From Candidatus Saccharimonadota bacterium (GTDB lineage: Bacteria > Patescibacteriota > Saccharimonadia > Saccharimonadales > UBA4665): a DNA stretch of 32,000 nt. The position numbers and the translations under genes were made by a program. The DNA lies in assembly GCA_963716945.1 (NCBI GenBank), contig OY970322.1, forward strand, positions 1,067,441-1,099,440, given 5' to 3'. Of the stretch, positions 21,960-30,364 are shown one piece after another. Within the stretch, counting starts at the first letter, position 1, and each line of letters starts with the position of its first letter. The notes beneath the pieces are model-generated. The model was not told where the DNA came from. It searched no databases and saw only the letters and a list, made by a program, of their open reading frames with translations.

Positions 21960-23093
21960 TCATGAATGTGAAAGTTTTTTCCTGGCCATCAGCGACCGCC
22001 TGTCCTGGAGCTCGCCCAGCCAAAAACTGAAGACCATCAGAGCGACGGTTAACAGCGACGGCCAAACGAGCCAAAGCCAGTCCTTGGAGGACACGAAGAA
22101 GGACGAAACGCCTTTTAGCTTGGCCGACGTAGCTGTCGTCGGCGTGCTGCCGCCGAAGAAGCTGCCGGCTTGGCCGGGAGGGCTGATCAAGGCCGCCAGC
22201 TGCATGACTTTCTGGTTGCCTTTGGAATCCAGGGAACGAGCTTTGATTGAGTAATAACCCGGCTTGGCGTAGCTGTGGGAAATGTTAAATACCGGATCGC
22301 CTTTGAACGTGTAGTTAGAGGTCTGGCCGTCACCCCAATCGACCGCGACCGCGTAAGGCGGGGTGCCGCCTTCCAGGTCCATTTTCCAGGAGAAGGTCGA
22401 TCCGGTGGAAAAGGTCTTCCATTGGAAAGAACTGCTCAGGAGCAGCGGCGGCGGGAGCGTGGCAGAACTGGCGGTGCCGCCGCTGGCGGCCGCGGCCTGA
22501 TCCGAAGCAGTCACAGCCCCGGCTGACTGGCCCGAAGGCGCGGGGGCCGGGGTCTTCACCGGCAGCTCCAAGCTGACTGTTACGCCCGGCGTGTCCGGTC
22601 CCTCCAGATCGGTTACGTTGAAATCTTTGGCGACCAGATTGTCGGTACCGTTAAACAGGCTGGCCTGAATCTGGAAGAGGTGGCTCGATGAGCACAGGCC
22701 GACGCCGGCAAACGTGCCGTTGACGTAAAGCTCGACGTACGAACTGCCGGGACAGGTCCCGGTAACCGTGACCGGCGCTTGGTTGGTGAAGATGGTGCCG
22801 GCCGTCGGGCTGGTGATAGCCGCTCCGGCAGTTAGGGCCGGGGCGTATATTTTAGAACTTATGAGGGTGTCGGCCAGCACCTGGTAGGTCCAACCGGCGA
22901 CGAAAACTATGGCGCAGAGCAGCACCATGATTACCGCCGGACTGAGCAGTATGCGCTTGTGGACGGGGCGGTTGCGTTTTATGCGGTCTTTAACGGCCTT
23001 TTTTTGCGAAGCCGTTAACCTCTTCTTGGCCGGTGCCGGCTGCCGGGCGGTCCGTCGCGGGCGGATTGAAGACTTATTTTTATTTTTTGTCAT
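21960..23093 (-). CDS. Bitopic envelope protein with Ig-like and PKD-like domains (N-terminal and C-terminal TM helices)
   Basis: Lys/Arg-rich N-terminus, then TM1 (ILLSPAVIMVLLCAIVFVAGW). An Ig-like region follows (VTVTGTCPGSSYVELYVNG). The PKD-like module is YAVAVDWGDGQTSNY...HSYAKPGYYSIKARSLD. TM2 is WLWLVWPSLLTVALMVFSFWL. The track start 23102 is a TTG. I prefer ATG 23093, which has TATAAT (23102-23107, minus) 9 nt upstream. Confidence 0.85.
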   Translation of the reverse strand: MTKNKNKSSIRPRRTARQPAPAKKRLTASQKKAVKDRIKRNRPVHKRILLSPAVIMVLLCAIVFVAGWTYQVLADTLISSKIYAPALTAGAAITSPTAGTIFTNQAPVTVTGTCPGSSYVELYVNGTFAGVGLCSSSHLFQIQASLFNGTDNLVAKDFNVTDLEGPDTPGVTVSLELPVKTPAPAPSGQSAGAVTASDQAAAASGGTASSATLPPPLLLSSSFQWKTFSTGSTFSWKMDLEGGTPPYAVAVDWGDGQTSNYTFKGDPVFNISHSYAKPGYYSIKARSLDSKGNQKVMQLAALISPPGQAGSFFGGSTPTTATSAKLKGVSSFFVSSKDWLWLVWPSLLTVALMVFSFWLGELQDRRSLMARKKLSHS

Positions 23094-23198
23094 TTTAGTC
23101 AATTATACCCCCTCGACCGGCAAAAAGCGGCTTAGCACTGTTTTTTAATGTTCTTATGCCGTTTGATGCCGTTTGACATGATTTGGCCGATGGAATAA

Positions 23199-23218
23199 AG
23201 TTAACTTATAGGTTAACT
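23199..23218. promoter_or_regulatory. Perfect 7-6-7 inverted repeat (AGTTAAC-ttatag-GTTAACT), candidate ArsR-type operator
   Basis: It sits 4 nt upstream of the ArsR-family start codon at 23222. ArsR/SmtB repressors typically autoregulate through a palindrome overlapping their own promoter. Confidence 0.35.
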
Positions 23219-23221
23219 ATT

Positions 23222-23557
23222 ATGAACATCCCTTATGACTCGCCCCAATTGGATAATGTGCTCGACGCCCTGGCCAACCGGAAGCGCCGCGGTATTATCC
23301 ACGACCTGTCGTTAAGTCCGGCCACGGTCGGTCAGCTGGCCCGCCGCCACGGGCTTTCCCTGCCGGCTATCCACAAGCACGTCCGTACGCTGGAAGAATC
23401 CGGTCTGATCGTTCGCAAGAAGGCCGGCCGGACTAATTTCGTAGCCCTTGATAACGCCACTCTCGGCCTGGCCCAAAACTGGATTACCCAATACCACACT
23501 GCGTGGGGCAACGCCGAAGCCACGCTTGAGAATTATATTTCCAGGATGCAGGAATGA
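23222..23557 (+). CDS. ArsR/SmtB-family winged-helix transcriptional regulator
   Basis: 111 aa from ATG 23222; the track start 23183 is a TTG. The HTH region is LDALANRKRRGIIHDLSLSPATVGQLARRHGLSLPAIHKHVRTLEESGLIVRKKAGR. Confidence 0.88.
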   Translation: MNIPYDSPQLDNVLDALANRKRRGIIHDLSLSPATVGQLARRHGLSLPAIHKHVRTLEESGLIVRKKAGRTNFVALDNATLGLAQNWITQYHTAWGNAEATLENYISRMQE

Positions 23558-23621
23558 ATTCTGGAACAATTTAAGGTCATTAAATATTAATGATTCGAAA
23601 GAATCGAAAGGGGACAAAGCA

Positions 23622-23921
23622 ATGGGGAAATACGTATACATCTACTACGCCGGTACGTCAGAGGACGCCGGCAGCGCCGAGGAGTGGGGCAAATGGTTCG
23701 GCGAACTTGGCGGCAAGCTGGTTGACGGCGGCAACCCGTTTGGTGAAGGCGGCCAGGCCGTGAACCAAGCTGGCGTCATGGCCGTTAAGGAAATGCCGGC
23801 TACCGGCTACTCGATTGTCAGCGCCGGCAGCATGGACGAAGCGACCGAGCTGGCCAAAGGCTGTCCGCTCATGGCAGCCGAGGGTGGCGCGGTTTGCGTC
23901 TACGAAGCTTTGCCTATGTAG
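23622..23921 (+). CDS. YCII/DGPF-like small alpha+beta protein
   Basis: 99 aa from ATG 23622, with a GAAAGGGGA Shine-Dalgarno upstream. The pattern is KYVYIYYAG...W..WF..L...LVDGGNPF...GYSIVSAGSMDEATELAKGCP...GGAVCVYE. The upstream part of the track ORF (23448) overlaps the ArsR gene and is rejected. Confidence 0.72.
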   Translation: MGKYVYIYYAGTSEDAGSAEEWGKWFGELGGKLVDGGNPFGEGGQAVNQAGVMAVKEMPATGYSIVSAGSMDEATELAKGCPLMAAEGGAVCVYEALPM

Positions 23922-23943
23922 CCAAGCGGCATAATGCGTGCTT

Positions 23944-23965
23944 AAACGGCCTTCGGGCCGTTTTT
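23944..23965. terminator. Bidirectional intrinsic terminator between convergent genes
   Basis: AAACGGCC-ttcg-GGCCGTTT with flanking A/T runs. It is an 8-bp stem with a UUCG loop and fills the whole 45-nt gap between the stops at 23921 and 23967. Confidence 0.65.
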
Positions 23966-23966
23966 G

Positions 23967-24881
23967 CTATGCCCCTCTGGCCCTATAGGCCCTAAGCTTG
24001 TGCGGCAAGCGGACTTCGGCCAGGTAAACGCCCAGGAAAACCAGCCCGGCGCCCAGCGCAAACTTAGCCGACGGGTGCTCGCCCAGGATAAACCAGGCGG
24101 CGATAATGATGATTACCGGCTGGATGTAGCCGAATAGGCCGACGCTGTAGGCGTCTTTGTATTTGAGGCCATACATGATGAAGAAATTAGCCAGCGTGAC
24201 GGCTAGGATGCTGAAACCCAGAGCCACCCAGCCGCGTGTCATAACGTCATGGACGCTCCAGCCCTTAAGCTGCGTCAACGACAGCGGCACTATCGGCAAC
24301 GTCCCGACAAACAAGTAAAGGAACGCCGACTGGTAAGAGCTCATCTTGTTCATGATCGGCTTGGCAATCAAGACGCTGATGACGCCGCAGAGCATACCGG
24401 CGAAGAATAAGACGTTACCCAGCATCACTGTCTGGCCGCTCAGGCTGACCTCCCACGGCTTGCCAATGATGGTGGCCGTGCCGCCAAAGGCGATCAGGGC
24501 GCCGGCCACGGCTTTGAGGCTCATGCGCTCCTTGAGGAATTCCACTGAGAGAAAGCACAATATCAGCGGGCCGAGCAGGCCGATGACCGCCAGGTTAATA
24601 CTCGGCGCGTACTTCAGGCCGATATTAGTAGCCAGGGTATCGCCGGTGATCCAGAAGATGGAGCTTAGGATCATCAGGCCGAGTTCCCGTTGACGCAAAG
24701 GCTTCCAAGTCTTGACGGCGAAAGGCAGCAGGATCAGCGAGGCGGCCATGAACTTAAGTGATATGAAAATCGTGACCGGGATAGTTTTCAGGCCGTATTT
24801 GACGACCGGGATATTAACTCCCCAGAACAGGTTAGCCAATACGAGCGCCAGGACGGGCAGCAGGGTTTTTGATTTTGACAT
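23967..24881 (-). CDS. EamA/DMT-superfamily permease
   Basis: 304 aa with 10 TM helices. The N-terminus LALVLANLFWGVNIPVVKYGL is typical of EamA. An extended -10 box TGgTACTAT (24898-24906, minus) lies upstream. Confidence 0.9.
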   Translation of the reverse strand: MSKSKTLLPVLALVLANLFWGVNIPVVKYGLKTIPVTIFISLKFMAASLILLPFAVKTWKPLRQRELGLMILSSIFWITGDTLATNIGLKYAPSINLAVIGLLGPLILCFLSVEFLKERMSLKAVAGALIAFGGTATIIGKPWEVSLSGQTVMLGNVLFFAGMLCGVISVLIAKPIMNKMSSYQSAFLYLFVGTLPIVPLSLTQLKGWSVHDVMTRGWVALGFSILAVTLANFFIMYGLKYKDAYSVGLFGYIQPVIIIIAAWFILGEHPSAKFALGAGLVFLGVYLAEVRLPHKLRAYRARGA

Positions 24882-24909
24882 GTTTTTCTCTTGTTAAATA
24901 GTACCAGTC

Positions 24910-25680
24910 TTAGTAAAAGAACAATAGGTAGACTATGAAAGCGACGCTGACTGCGGCGAGGGTGATTCTGAGGTATTTGTCGGGGATCTTTTTGGCCACT
25001 TTGGTCGCATATTTGCTGGCGATGAAAGTCGAAACCCAGAGCGTTATGACGTAGGGCCACACCAGCAGGCCGGCGATACCGGTTATGATTAGAGATATTA
25101 TCCTGGAGGGAACGGTGGCGGCAGCCTTCAGCCCTTGGCTCTGGATAAACGTCAGGCCCAGGACCGACATCAGAGCGAATTTCGAAAAGGTGCCCTCGCC
25201 CGGCCCGATGAAGCTGCCGTACAGGCCGGCCAGAGACATAAAGGTAAACAGCAGCGCCTTTTGTGATTGGCTCAGGCGCTTAACCCGGGGGCGCCGCTTG
25301 GAACGGTAATCGCGGGCCAGAATTATGAGCATCGATACGATCATTAAATATTTGATCGCCGTCTGCGAGACGTTAAGCAACAACCAGATACCGGCGATGC
25401 CGCCGAGCGTAAACGGGACCGTCATGCGCAGACAAAGCCGTTTATTGGCGGCTATTTGTGGGTAAGTTTCCGAGATGATACCCGCTTCGGTGCCTAAGCC
25501 TCCGGCCGTACTCGTAGCTATAGCGGATTTTATGGGCATGCCTATGAATACCTCGACGGCTTGTATGACAATACCGCCGCCGCCAATCACGCTGCCGTAA
25601 GCTTCGCCGACCAGGCCGGCCAAGAATACGGCCGGTATATGCCACCAGTGGAAGTAGGCCGGAAAAAAAGAGTGGAACAT
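24910..25680 (-). CDS. TSUP (TauE/SafE, DUF81) family anion exporter
   Basis: 256 aa from ATG 25680; the track start 25710 is a TTG. The motif is LAGLVGEAYGSVIGGGGIVI, with 7-8 TM helices and a second-half repeat. Confidence 0.88.
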   Translation of the reverse strand: MFHSFFPAYFHWWHIPAVFLAGLVGEAYGSVIGGGGIVIQAVEVFIGMPIKSAIATSTAGGLGTEAGIISETYPQIAANKRLCLRMTVPFTLGGIAGIWLLLNVSQTAIKYLMIVSMLIILARDYRSKRRPRVKRLSQSQKALLFTFMSLAGLYGSFIGPGEGTFSKFALMSVLGLTFIQSQGLKAAATVPSRIISLIITGIAGLLVWPYVITLWVSTFIASKYATKVAKKIPDKYLRITLAAVSVAFIVYLLFFY

Positions 25681-25687
25681 GACACGG

Positions 25688-25696
25688 ATTTTAACA
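25688..25696 (-). promoter_or_regulatory. Extended -10 box (TGtTAAAAT) placed for a leaderless TSUP mRNA
   Basis: The minus strand reads TGTTAAAAT and ends 8 nt before ATG 25680. Confidence 0.5.
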
Positions 25697-25722
25697 TCCG
25701 GGCCGTGCAAACACTATCGGCT

Positions 25723-25731
25723 TGGTATATT
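25723..25731 (+). promoter_or_regulatory. Extended -10 box (TGgTATATT) placed for a leaderless GNAT mRNA
   Basis: The box ends 8 nt before ATG 25739. Confidence 0.5.
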
Positions 25732-25738
25732 AGAGTTG

Positions 25739-26242
25739 ATGGCCAGCGTTAGCTTCTCGATTAAGCCGTTCCGGCCCGGCGTGGACGACCCGGCTGACAT
25801 AGCCCGTGTTCATTTGGAAATCCGGCAATGGCAGGAGAAGATTAACCAAAATAAGTTTCTGGATATCTTGGACTCGCAGGCCGATCTTAGGGCTCTGGAC
25901 GAGTATTATGTCGGCCGCGGCGGAAATTTCTTTGTTGCTAAGGATTCCGGGAACCGGATCATAGGTTTCATGGGCCTGCGTAATGACGGCGGCGGCCGCG
26001 GCGTTATGAAACGGCTGGCCGTCATACCCGAATGCCAGCGGCAAGGCGTCGGCCGGGCTCTGGTCGCGGCGGCCATCGACTGGGCCAGCGGGAACGGTTT
26101 CACTAAGCTCAGCCTCCACACCGGCATTACCGAAAAGGCTCGTCCGCTTTACGAGAAATTCGGCTTTCGCGTATTAGGCGTTCGCCAAGCGCGGCGCGAC
26201 CAGTACATGGAGCTTGACCTGCTCCGGACCGACAACGGCTAA
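25739..26242 (+). CDS. GNAT-family N-acetyltransferase
   Basis: 167 aa from ATG 25739. The acetyl-CoA motif A is RLAVIPECQRQGVGRALV, followed by LYEKFGF. Confidence 0.9.
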   Translation: MASVSFSIKPFRPGVDDPADIARVHLEIRQWQEKINQNKFLDILDSQADLRALDEYYVGRGGNFFVAKDSGNRIIGFMGLRNDGGGRGVMKRLAVIPECQRQGVGRALVAAAIDWASGNGFTKLSLHTGITEKARPLYEKFGFRVLGVRQARRDQYMELDLLRTDNG

Positions 26243-26246
26243 TCGG

Positions 26247-26729
26247 TTATCGACGGACGTAGCGGGCGTAGTAGAAAGTAAAACCGTTCTGCTCCTTCGG
26301 TTCGGTCCGGTCGGCCAGCTTGAACCCGTCTTCGTAGGCCGGGAAAAACTGGTCGCAGCCGAAGTCGGCGTCGATATGGGTGATTAGTAGCTCGTCGGCC
26401 TTACCGGCCGTTATAAATTCGGCAAAAACTTTGGCGCCGCCGGCCACCCAAAGGTCTTTGCTCTCGAAACCGCGCAGAAATTCGTCCAGGTCATGGACCA
26501 GCGTCACGCCTTCGATCGGTTCGGTAGAGTGGGTGAGGACGTAATTCTGGCGGCCGGCCAGCGGACCGTGCCTGAAGCTGTCGAAAGTCGTGCGCCCGAT
26601 TAAAACGTCGCCGCCATGGGATTTGGTCTGTTCGGCGAAGTAATGTTCGTCATCGGGAATGGACCAGGGCTGGAAGCCCCTTTTGGCCAAACCGAGTTTG
26701 CGGTCTACGGCGACGATTAATCTAATCAT
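26247..26729 (-). CDS. folA: Dihydrofolate reductase
   Basis: 160 aa. IRLIVAVDRKLGLAKRGFQPWSIPDDEHYF, VLIGRTTFDS and WVAGGAKVF. Its start overlaps the folC stop (ATGA). Confidence 0.92.
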   Translation of the reverse strand: MIRLIVAVDRKLGLAKRGFQPWSIPDDEHYFAEQTKSHGGDVLIGRTTFDSFRHGPLAGRQNYVLTHSTEPIEGVTLVHDLDEFLRGFESKDLWVAGGAKVFAEFITAGKADELLITHIDADFGCDQFFPAYEDGFKLADRTEPKEQNGFTFYYARYVRR

Positions 26730-27994
26730 GCTAGGTGCTCATTATTTCTTATTTGGCCGAGTAAGTAAAACGAGCCCGTGATAACGCAAATCTGTTCGGG
26801 CGCGGCCAGCAGCGCCTGAAAAGCCGCCCGGTGGTCGGCTATGCTTTGGACTTCGCTCATGCCGGCCTGCCGAAAAGCCCGGGCCAGCATGTCCGGATCG
26901 GTTGATTTGAGCGGCAAGTCCTGCGAGGTTTCAAAAGTCGTCACGATAATCCGGCCGGCCAGCGACATGAGCGGCAGGATCAGCTCTTCGTATTCTTTGC
27001 CGGTCTTAAGCGCCAGTAGGACCGCCGGTTTGACGCCGGGATAAAGCCGGCGGAAGCTGCCGGTGAAGGCCGCCATTTTTTGAGCGTTGTGGGCACCGTC
27101 CATAATGACGGTTTTGCCGCCGAGCCGCTTGATTTCCATACGTCCGGGGACAACCGTTTGCCGCGTTTTGGCCAATGCTTGACTTGTTAAGTGTTGCAGT
27201 CCGTCGCGCTTGGCCAGGTATTGGTAAACGTCATAGGCCAGCTCCCAGTTTCGTCTCTGGTAGGCCGGCAGGCTATCACCGCCCTTCCCGGCTGCCCCCT
27301 TAGGGGTATCCTCTATTACGTGTAACGGCGCCTCGTGCCGGCCGGTCCAGTCTTCGATGACCGCCATGACATCATCGCCTTGACGGTACATGAAGACGTG
27401 GTTCCGTTCATGGACGATGCCGACTTTTTGGGCGGCTATTTCGGCCAGGGTGTTACCCAGTAGGTGCATATGGTCGAAGCCTATGTCGGTGATTACACAG
27501 ACCTTGTCGGCGGCCGTAGCGACATTGGTCGCGTCGTGCAAACCGCCGACACCGGTTTCGACGACGGCATAATCAACGCCTTTGCGGTCCAGAACCCAAA
27601 GCGCGAAAGCGTAGAGCAGTTCAAAATACGATGGTTTCTGCCCCGCCCTTTCCACGATCTCCAAGAAGCTGCCGAGTTCGGTGCAGAAATCAGCTTCAGC
27701 GAGAGGCCGGCCGTCAATCTGAACACGTTCGGTAATGCTGTCGATATGCGGCGATACCGTCAGGCCGACGCGTTTGCCGGCCGCCTCAAGCAAAGCCGCC
27801 ATATAGTAAGCCGTCGAGGTCTTGCCGCTGGTCCCGGCTATGTGTATGACCTTAAGCCGGTTCTGAGGGTTGCCCAGCCGATCCATTAGCGGCAAGATCC
27901 GGTCGAGCATAGTGTCTTTCCTGGACAGCTGTTTGACTTGCGGCACGTATGCCAGCAAAGCCGCTTCCGCCTCCTGAAGATTATTGATCGTCAC
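26726..27994 (-). CDS. folC: Bifunctional folylpolyglutamate synthase / dihydrofolate synthase
   Basis: 422 aa with a GTG start and an AGGAGG Shine-Dalgarno 6 nt upstream. P-loop IHIAGTSGKTST, SPHI, VETGVGGLHDATN and DGAHN. Confidence 0.93.
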   Translation of the reverse strand: MTINNLQEAEAALLAYVPQVKQLSRKDTMLDRILPLMDRLGNPQNRLKVIHIAGTSGKTSTAYYMAALLEAAGKRVGLTVSPHIDSITERVQIDGRPLAEADFCTELGSFLEIVERAGQKPSYFELLYAFALWVLDRKGVDYAVVETGVGGLHDATNVATAADKVCVITDIGFDHMHLLGNTLAEIAAQKVGIVHERNHVFMYRQGDDVMAVIEDWTGRHEAPLHVIEDTPKGAAGKGGDSLPAYQRRNWELAYDVYQYLAKRDGLQHLTSQALAKTRQTVVPGRMEIKRLGGKTVIMDGAHNAQKMAAFTGSFRRLYPGVKPAVLLALKTGKEYEELILPLMSLAGRIIVTTFETSQDLPLKSTDPDMLARAFRQAGMSEVQSIADHRAAFQALLAAPEQICVITGSFYLLGQIRNNEHLA

Positions 27995-28040
27995 TACCGC
28001 CTCCTGCTCTTCTCTGATAAGATCAGTATACGACAGATAG

Positions 28041-28117
28041 GCGCCCGTAGCTCAGTGGATTAGAGCATCTGTCTTCGGAACAGAGGGTCGGCGGTTCGAA
28101 TCCGTCCGGGCGTACCA
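28041..28117 (+). tRNA. tRNA-Arg (anticodon UCG), CCA encoded
   Basis: GCGCCCG TA GCTC AGTGGATTA GAGC A TCTGT CTTCGGA ACAGA GGGTC GGCGG TTCGAAT CCGTC CGGGCGT A CCA. The cloverleaf folds by hand, with a G1-U72 wobble. Confidence 0.92.
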
Positions 28118-28159
28118 TGAGAAAAAGCCGGGGTGTGATTCCACATTCTCCTAAATAGT

Positions 28160-28168
28160 TGGTAAACT
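28160..28168 (+). promoter_or_regulatory. Extended -10 box (TGgTAAACT) upstream of pdxS
   Basis: The box ends 8 nt before the GTG start at 28176. TTCCAC lies 18 nt upstream as a weak -35. Confidence 0.45.
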
Positions 28169-28175
28169 GTTAGTC

Positions 28176-29063
28176 GTGAAACAAGAAGTTGCGAGTTTGA
28201 AGTTGAAAACCGGCCTGGCCGAGATGCTGAAAGGCGGCGTGATTATGGACGTCGTCAATGTCGAGCAGGCCAAGATCGCCGAGGACGCCGGCGCCGTCGC
28301 CGTCATGGCGCTGGAACGCGTGCCGGCCGACATCCGGGTCCAGGGCGGCGTAGCCAGAATGTCCGACCCCCAGATGATCAAAGACATCATGGCGGCCGTC
28401 AGTATTCCCGTCATGGCCAAAGTCCGTATCGGCCACTTGGCCGAAGCCCAAATCCTGGAGGCCCTGGCGGTCGACTATATCGATGAGAGCGAGGTACTGA
28501 CGCCGGCCGACGAGGCCAACCATATCTACAAGACGGATTTCAGCGTGCCCTTCGTCTGCGGCGCCCGCGACCTCGGCGAGGCCTTGCGTCGGATCGGCGA
28601 AGGCGCGGCCATGATCCGGACCAAAGGCGAAGCCGGCACCGGCAATATCGTCGAGGCCGTCCGGCACATGCGGACGATGCAGCGGCAAATCAAACTGGCG
28701 CAAGTTCTCGACAAGCACGAACTGATGGCTTATAGCAAGGAGCTCGGCGCACCGTTCGAGCTGGTCAGGCTGGTCGCCGAAACCGGCAAGCTGCCGGTAC
28801 CGAACTTCGCGGCCGGCGGTATCGCCACGCCGGCGGACGCCGCCTTGATGATGCAGCTGGGCGCCGAAGCATTGTTCGTCGGCAGCGGTATTTTCAAATC
28901 GGGCAACCCGGTCAAACGGGCTAGCGCCATGGTGCAGGCGGTCGCCCATTACGACGACGCCGCAATGATCGCTAAATTATCAAGCGGCCTCGGCGAACCG
29001 ATGGTCGGCCTGACCGTCGAGAGCCTGGATCCCGAACAGCTGATGCAGGACCGTGGCTGGTAA
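28176..29063 (+). CDS. pdxS: Pyridoxal 5'-phosphate synthase, lyase subunit
   Basis: 295 aa, near-collinear with canonical PdxS. Motifs [91 protein letters not shown] and the C-terminal QDRGW. Confidence 0.97.
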   Translation: MKQEVASLKLKTGLAEMLKGGVIMDVVNVEQAKIAEDAGAVAVMALERVPADIRVQGGVARMSDPQMIKDIMAAVSIPVMAKVRIGHLAEAQILEALAVDYIDESEVLTPADEANHIYKTDFSVPFVCGARDLGEALRRIGEGAAMIRTKGEAGTGNIVEAVRHMRTMQRQIKLAQVLDKHELMAYSKELGAPFELVRLVAETGKLPVPNFAAGGIATPADAALMMQLGAEALFVGSGIFKSGNPVKRASAMVQAVAHYDDAAMIAKLSSGLGEPMVGLTVESLDPEQLMQDRGW

Positions 29064-29655
29064 AGCTCCGGCCCCGCCCAAGGTTGGTATTCTGTCGCTG
29101 CAAGGCGACATGGCGCTGCACGTCAGCAGCCTGCGCCGGCTGGGCATAGAGCCAAGGCCGGTTAAGTTGCCAAACGAGCTAAAAGCACTGGACGGCCTCA
29201 TCATACCCGGCGGCGAGAGCACGGCGCTATTGAGATTGGCCGAACCGCTGGGCCTGCTCCCGGCTATCAAGTCTCTCGCGGCGGCCGGCGGCGCTATTTT
29301 CGGCACCTGTGCCGGCGCGATCATTCTGGCCCGTTCGGTCACGAACCCCGTCCAGGCCAGCCTAGGGCTGATTGATATTACCGTCGAACGCAATGCCTAC
29401 GGGCGGCAGCTGGATAGTTCGGATGTTATCGGCCGGTCCTTCTTGCCCGGCGGGCAGGCCGACCTGCCGCTGACTTTTATTCGGGCGCCCAGAATCAGTG
29501 CCGCCGGCAAGACCGTCAAGGTTCTCGCCGAATACCGCGGCGATCCGGTACTGGTAAGCCAAGCTAACATTCTAGCGGCGACTTTTCACCCTGAACTGAG
29601 CGGTTCCTTGGAAGTTTACCGCTACTGGCTGGCTTCGTTTAAGCGGCCGACTTGA
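29053..29655 (+). CDS. pdxT: Pyridoxal 5'-phosphate synthase, glutaminase subunit
   Basis: 200 aa with a GTG start that overlaps pdxS by 11 nt. [18 protein letters not shown], the nucleophile context [10 protein letters not shown], and ATFHPEL. Confidence 0.93.
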   Translation: MAGKAPAPPKVGILSLQGDMALHVSSLRRLGIEPRPVKLPNELKALDGLIIPGGESTALLRLAEPLGLLPAIKSLAAAGGAIFGTCAGAIILARSVTNPVQASLGLIDITVERNAYGRQLDSSDVIGRSFLPGGQADLPLTFIRAPRISAAGKTVKVLAEYRGDPVLVSQANILAATFHPELSGSLEVYRYWLASFKRPT

Positions 29656-30262
29656 GCAACTCGCGCCAAGCCCGCGTCCGCCACCTCACGATCAGCCACA
29701 TGACCGGTCCCAGGTAGAGGTCGCGCAGATGTTTCTTCAAGAAATTTATGTGTTCCTGCGACTCGTAGTAGCTGGCCGAGATGGCCTTGCCGCTTTCCAG
29801 CAGCAAGCGGTTGACCCGGAAGTAATCTTCGCTGAACTGCTCGGGTTTATGGACGACGGCTTTGAGCGACTGGAGCAAATCATAGTTAATGTGCGCATTG
29901 GCGCCGAGCATCAGGGACAGCGATGCCGGATGCTTATGATGCAGCCAGCTCCGGTTGACCTTGCGCCAGCCACCGGGCAAGGAACCCTTTTCGACGTAAC
30001 AGTTCAGGGCCTCGAAATAGCGCCGGGCAAAAGCCACTTCCAGCCTATCCATCAGCGACGATTCCCGGAACAGGCCCTCGCCGTTAGCTTCGTTAATCCT
30101 CTGGGTAACGATCAAATAAGCCCGGTTGAAGAAGCTCAGCTGCAGCAGCTCGCTGCGCGTCAATAGCGGGTCCAGCTTTTTGAGCTCATCGATAACCGAC
30201 TCAGGGGTATTAATGCGCTTGGTCGCGATGTGGTAGTTGTATTTGCCGCCTGATTTAGCCAT
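29639..30262 (-). CDS. DUF5995-like hypothetical protein
   Basis: 207 aa. FNRAYLIVTQRI, LEVAFARRYFEAL and MLGANAHINYDL match my recollection of the DUF5995 pattern. Its 3' end overlaps pdxT by 17 nt (convergent). Confidence 0.68.
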   Translation of the reverse strand: MAKSGGKYNYHIATKRINTPESVIDELKKLDPLLTRSELLQLSFFNRAYLIVTQRINEANGEGLFRESSLMDRLEVAFARRYFEALNCYVEKGSLPGGWRKVNRSWLHHKHPASLSLMLGANAHINYDLLQSLKAVVHKPEQFSEDYFRVNRLLLESGKAISASYYESQEHINFLKKHLRDLYLGPVMWLIVRWRTRAWRELLKSAA

Positions 30263-30322
30263 CTAGGAAAGTATAGCTTAAGCCGGCCGAATTCCTTATG
30301 GCTATATAGCTATTACATAAAT

Positions 30323-30351
30323 TTGATATAGATGTCACTCAATTGTATAAT
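30323..30351 (+). promoter_or_regulatory. Near-consensus promoter for the RelA/SpoT-homolog gene
   Basis: TTGATA, then 17 nt, then TATAAT. The -10 box ends 14 nt before ATG 30365 and there is no Shine-Dalgarno. Confidence 0.6.
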
Positions 30352-30364
30352 CATGTAATAAGTT

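Noticed and set aside
23448-23621. N-terminal 58 codons of ORF 23448-23921, and the TTG/alternative-start extensions at 23183, 10947, 10906, 23102, 25710, 25679 and 10032
   Set aside because: These extensions overlap neighbouring genes or promoters and use TTG or poorly placed starts. In each case an internal ATG with a Shine-Dalgarno or a correctly spaced -10 box, and a better homolog N-terminus, is available.
28170-28949. 259-aa minus-strand ORF
   Set aside because: It is antisense to pdxS, which is nearly collinear with canonical PdxS.
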